This document shows positions 62,890 through 64,000 of a DNA stretch of 64,000 nucleotides, in pieces (positions within the stretch are counted from its first letter, which is position 1; each line of letters begins with the position of its first letter). The stretch spans positions 431,496 to 495,495 of the forward strand of contig JAAOMT010000776.1 of the NCBI GenBank assembly GCA_016748015.1, given 5' to 3'. The DNA is from Geosiphon pyriformis uo1. Its lineage: Eukaryota; Fungi; Glomeromycota. The notes under the pieces were generated by a model, which did not search any database, was not told the DNA's origin, and saw only the letters and a list, made by a program, of their open reading frames with translations. The translations under genes were made by a program, and so were the position numbers.

Positions 62890-63285
62890 ATTGATCTAAA
62901 TCTCTGTATCTCTTTAGCTGTGATCCTTAATTCTTTCCTGTTTTCTACTAATATTAATTAAGCTATCTTAACCAGAAGCAGGAATATTGCTTGTGCTATT
63001 TTTTTGTTTAGATTTATGATATATGCTTTTTCTGAATTATTTTGTAGCATAACAATAATATTTCCTATGTATTCTGTGTCAATTATTCCTCCTTTGATGT
63101 TGATTTCCTTTTTGGCTAAGCTATTCCTAGATGCCAACTGAACCATTGTTGTTGCTAGAATTTCCAGTGCTATTTTGAGATCAATACAGATGTGCAAATG
63201 GGATTCCAATTTGATGGAATTTTTTCTTGGATATCTCAGATCAAATCCTGCAACAGTATCATGTGTACATTCTAGCATAATACCT
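62890..63285 (-). pseudogene. dut: dUTPase domain of Gypsy-B pol (B3, clearest copy)
   Basis: AGFDL, ASRNSL, GGIIDTEYIG, KIAQAIF, eroded C-terminal motif 5. Confidence 0.9.
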
Positions 63286-63972
63286 TTATTATTATCACTG
63301 AACCATTTTAGTTCTTGTTTCTTGGTAAGATTGGAAAGCACAATATATTGTTCATGGTTTAAATCAGAGTTTGAATCTGAGTCTAAATTGTTGTCATTGT
63401 TATTATCATATGGAACGGAACTAGAACTGTTGTTTTTGTTGTCATTATTGTTGGAGTTTGAATCAGGATTAAAATTTGATTCTGATTCCGATGCACAGCT
63501 GTGGATTGGTTTTTTCTCCTTTGGGATTGTGTAAATCATGTGGATTGGTGGATTGTAAATAAGGTCACACATATTACAATATTGAAAGTCACAGGGAATT
63601 AGGCAGTATTAACACAGTCTAGTGTTTAACTGTTTTAAGTATTGCTCTTGCTTTTCTTTAGTGAATGCTAAGTTTTGATAATGTTTATGAAATTCTTTTA
63701 GACCTGTTTCAATATCTAAGAATGCTTCTGGATTGGAAATCAAAACAATGTTGACTGGTTTTGGTGGGTTGTTTTTGATCTCTAAAATTTTGCTGGGTAT
63801 GGCTTCTTTGATTTTAACATTGATTATACACCAGATCTCGTCCTTATCATGTGAATATCTGTCCAAGCAATTGATTGCTTAGTGCCAGGCTGCAGTAATA
63901 GTTGTTTTATGACTCACTCAGTCACTAATAAAGATCATGTATTGGCATGAAACATCACATGTTCTTTCTCGC

Positions 63973-64000
63973 TGTTACAGATGATTATTTGGGGTCTCAA
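63973..64000 (-). repeat. End of another LTR-B inserted into B3, running off the right edge
   Basis: TGTTACAGATGATTATTTGGGGTCTCAA matches 58073-58100. Confidence 0.85.

Larger units (their letters stand above)
58073..63972 (-). mobile_element. Gypsy-B copy B3 inserted in the 3' LTR of B2: 3' LTR 58073-58929, PPT 58930-58945, ORF3, IN, RH, RT, dUTPase, Cys-rich domain
   Basis: ORFs 60216-60635 (IN), 61248-61853 (RT/RH), 62958-63572 (dUTPase); PPT AAAAAGGAGAGAATAA. Confidence 0.92.

Overview
AT-rich, strongly CpG-depleted eukaryotic DNA made entirely of nested, decayed retrotransposons; no host gene, RNA gene or CRISPR is supported. The repeats resemble Glomeromycotina fungi such as Geosiphon (from memory, unverified). 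Five families can be read. (A) A Ty3/Gypsy family with ~650-740-bp LTRs, a 12-bp U3 array, ATAT target duplications, a UUUAAAC -1 gag/pol frameshift, a Cys-rich insert between PR and RT, and an extra ORF after integrase. (B) A Ty3/Gypsy family with ~860-920-bp LTRs, a Cys-rich domain plus dUTPase between PR and RT, and also an extra 3' ORF that appears remotely related to the family A one. (X) An autonomous LINE (ORF1 RRM-RRM-CCHC; ORF2 APE-RT-RNase H-Zn finger). (H) A 2.4-kb ORF1-only 'half-LINE' with poly(A) and TSDs whose 3' tail is shared with a probable autonomous LINE. (Y) A fragment of a second RNase H LINE. Junctions reconstruct a precise 10-kb inversion (15398-25434), an inverted duplication (2727-3640 / 8145-9033), and two independent Gypsy-A insertions at the same nucleotide of the half-LINE. 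Best candidates for new biology: the ORF1-only parasite/helper pair and the conserved unknown 3' ORF of both Gypsy families.
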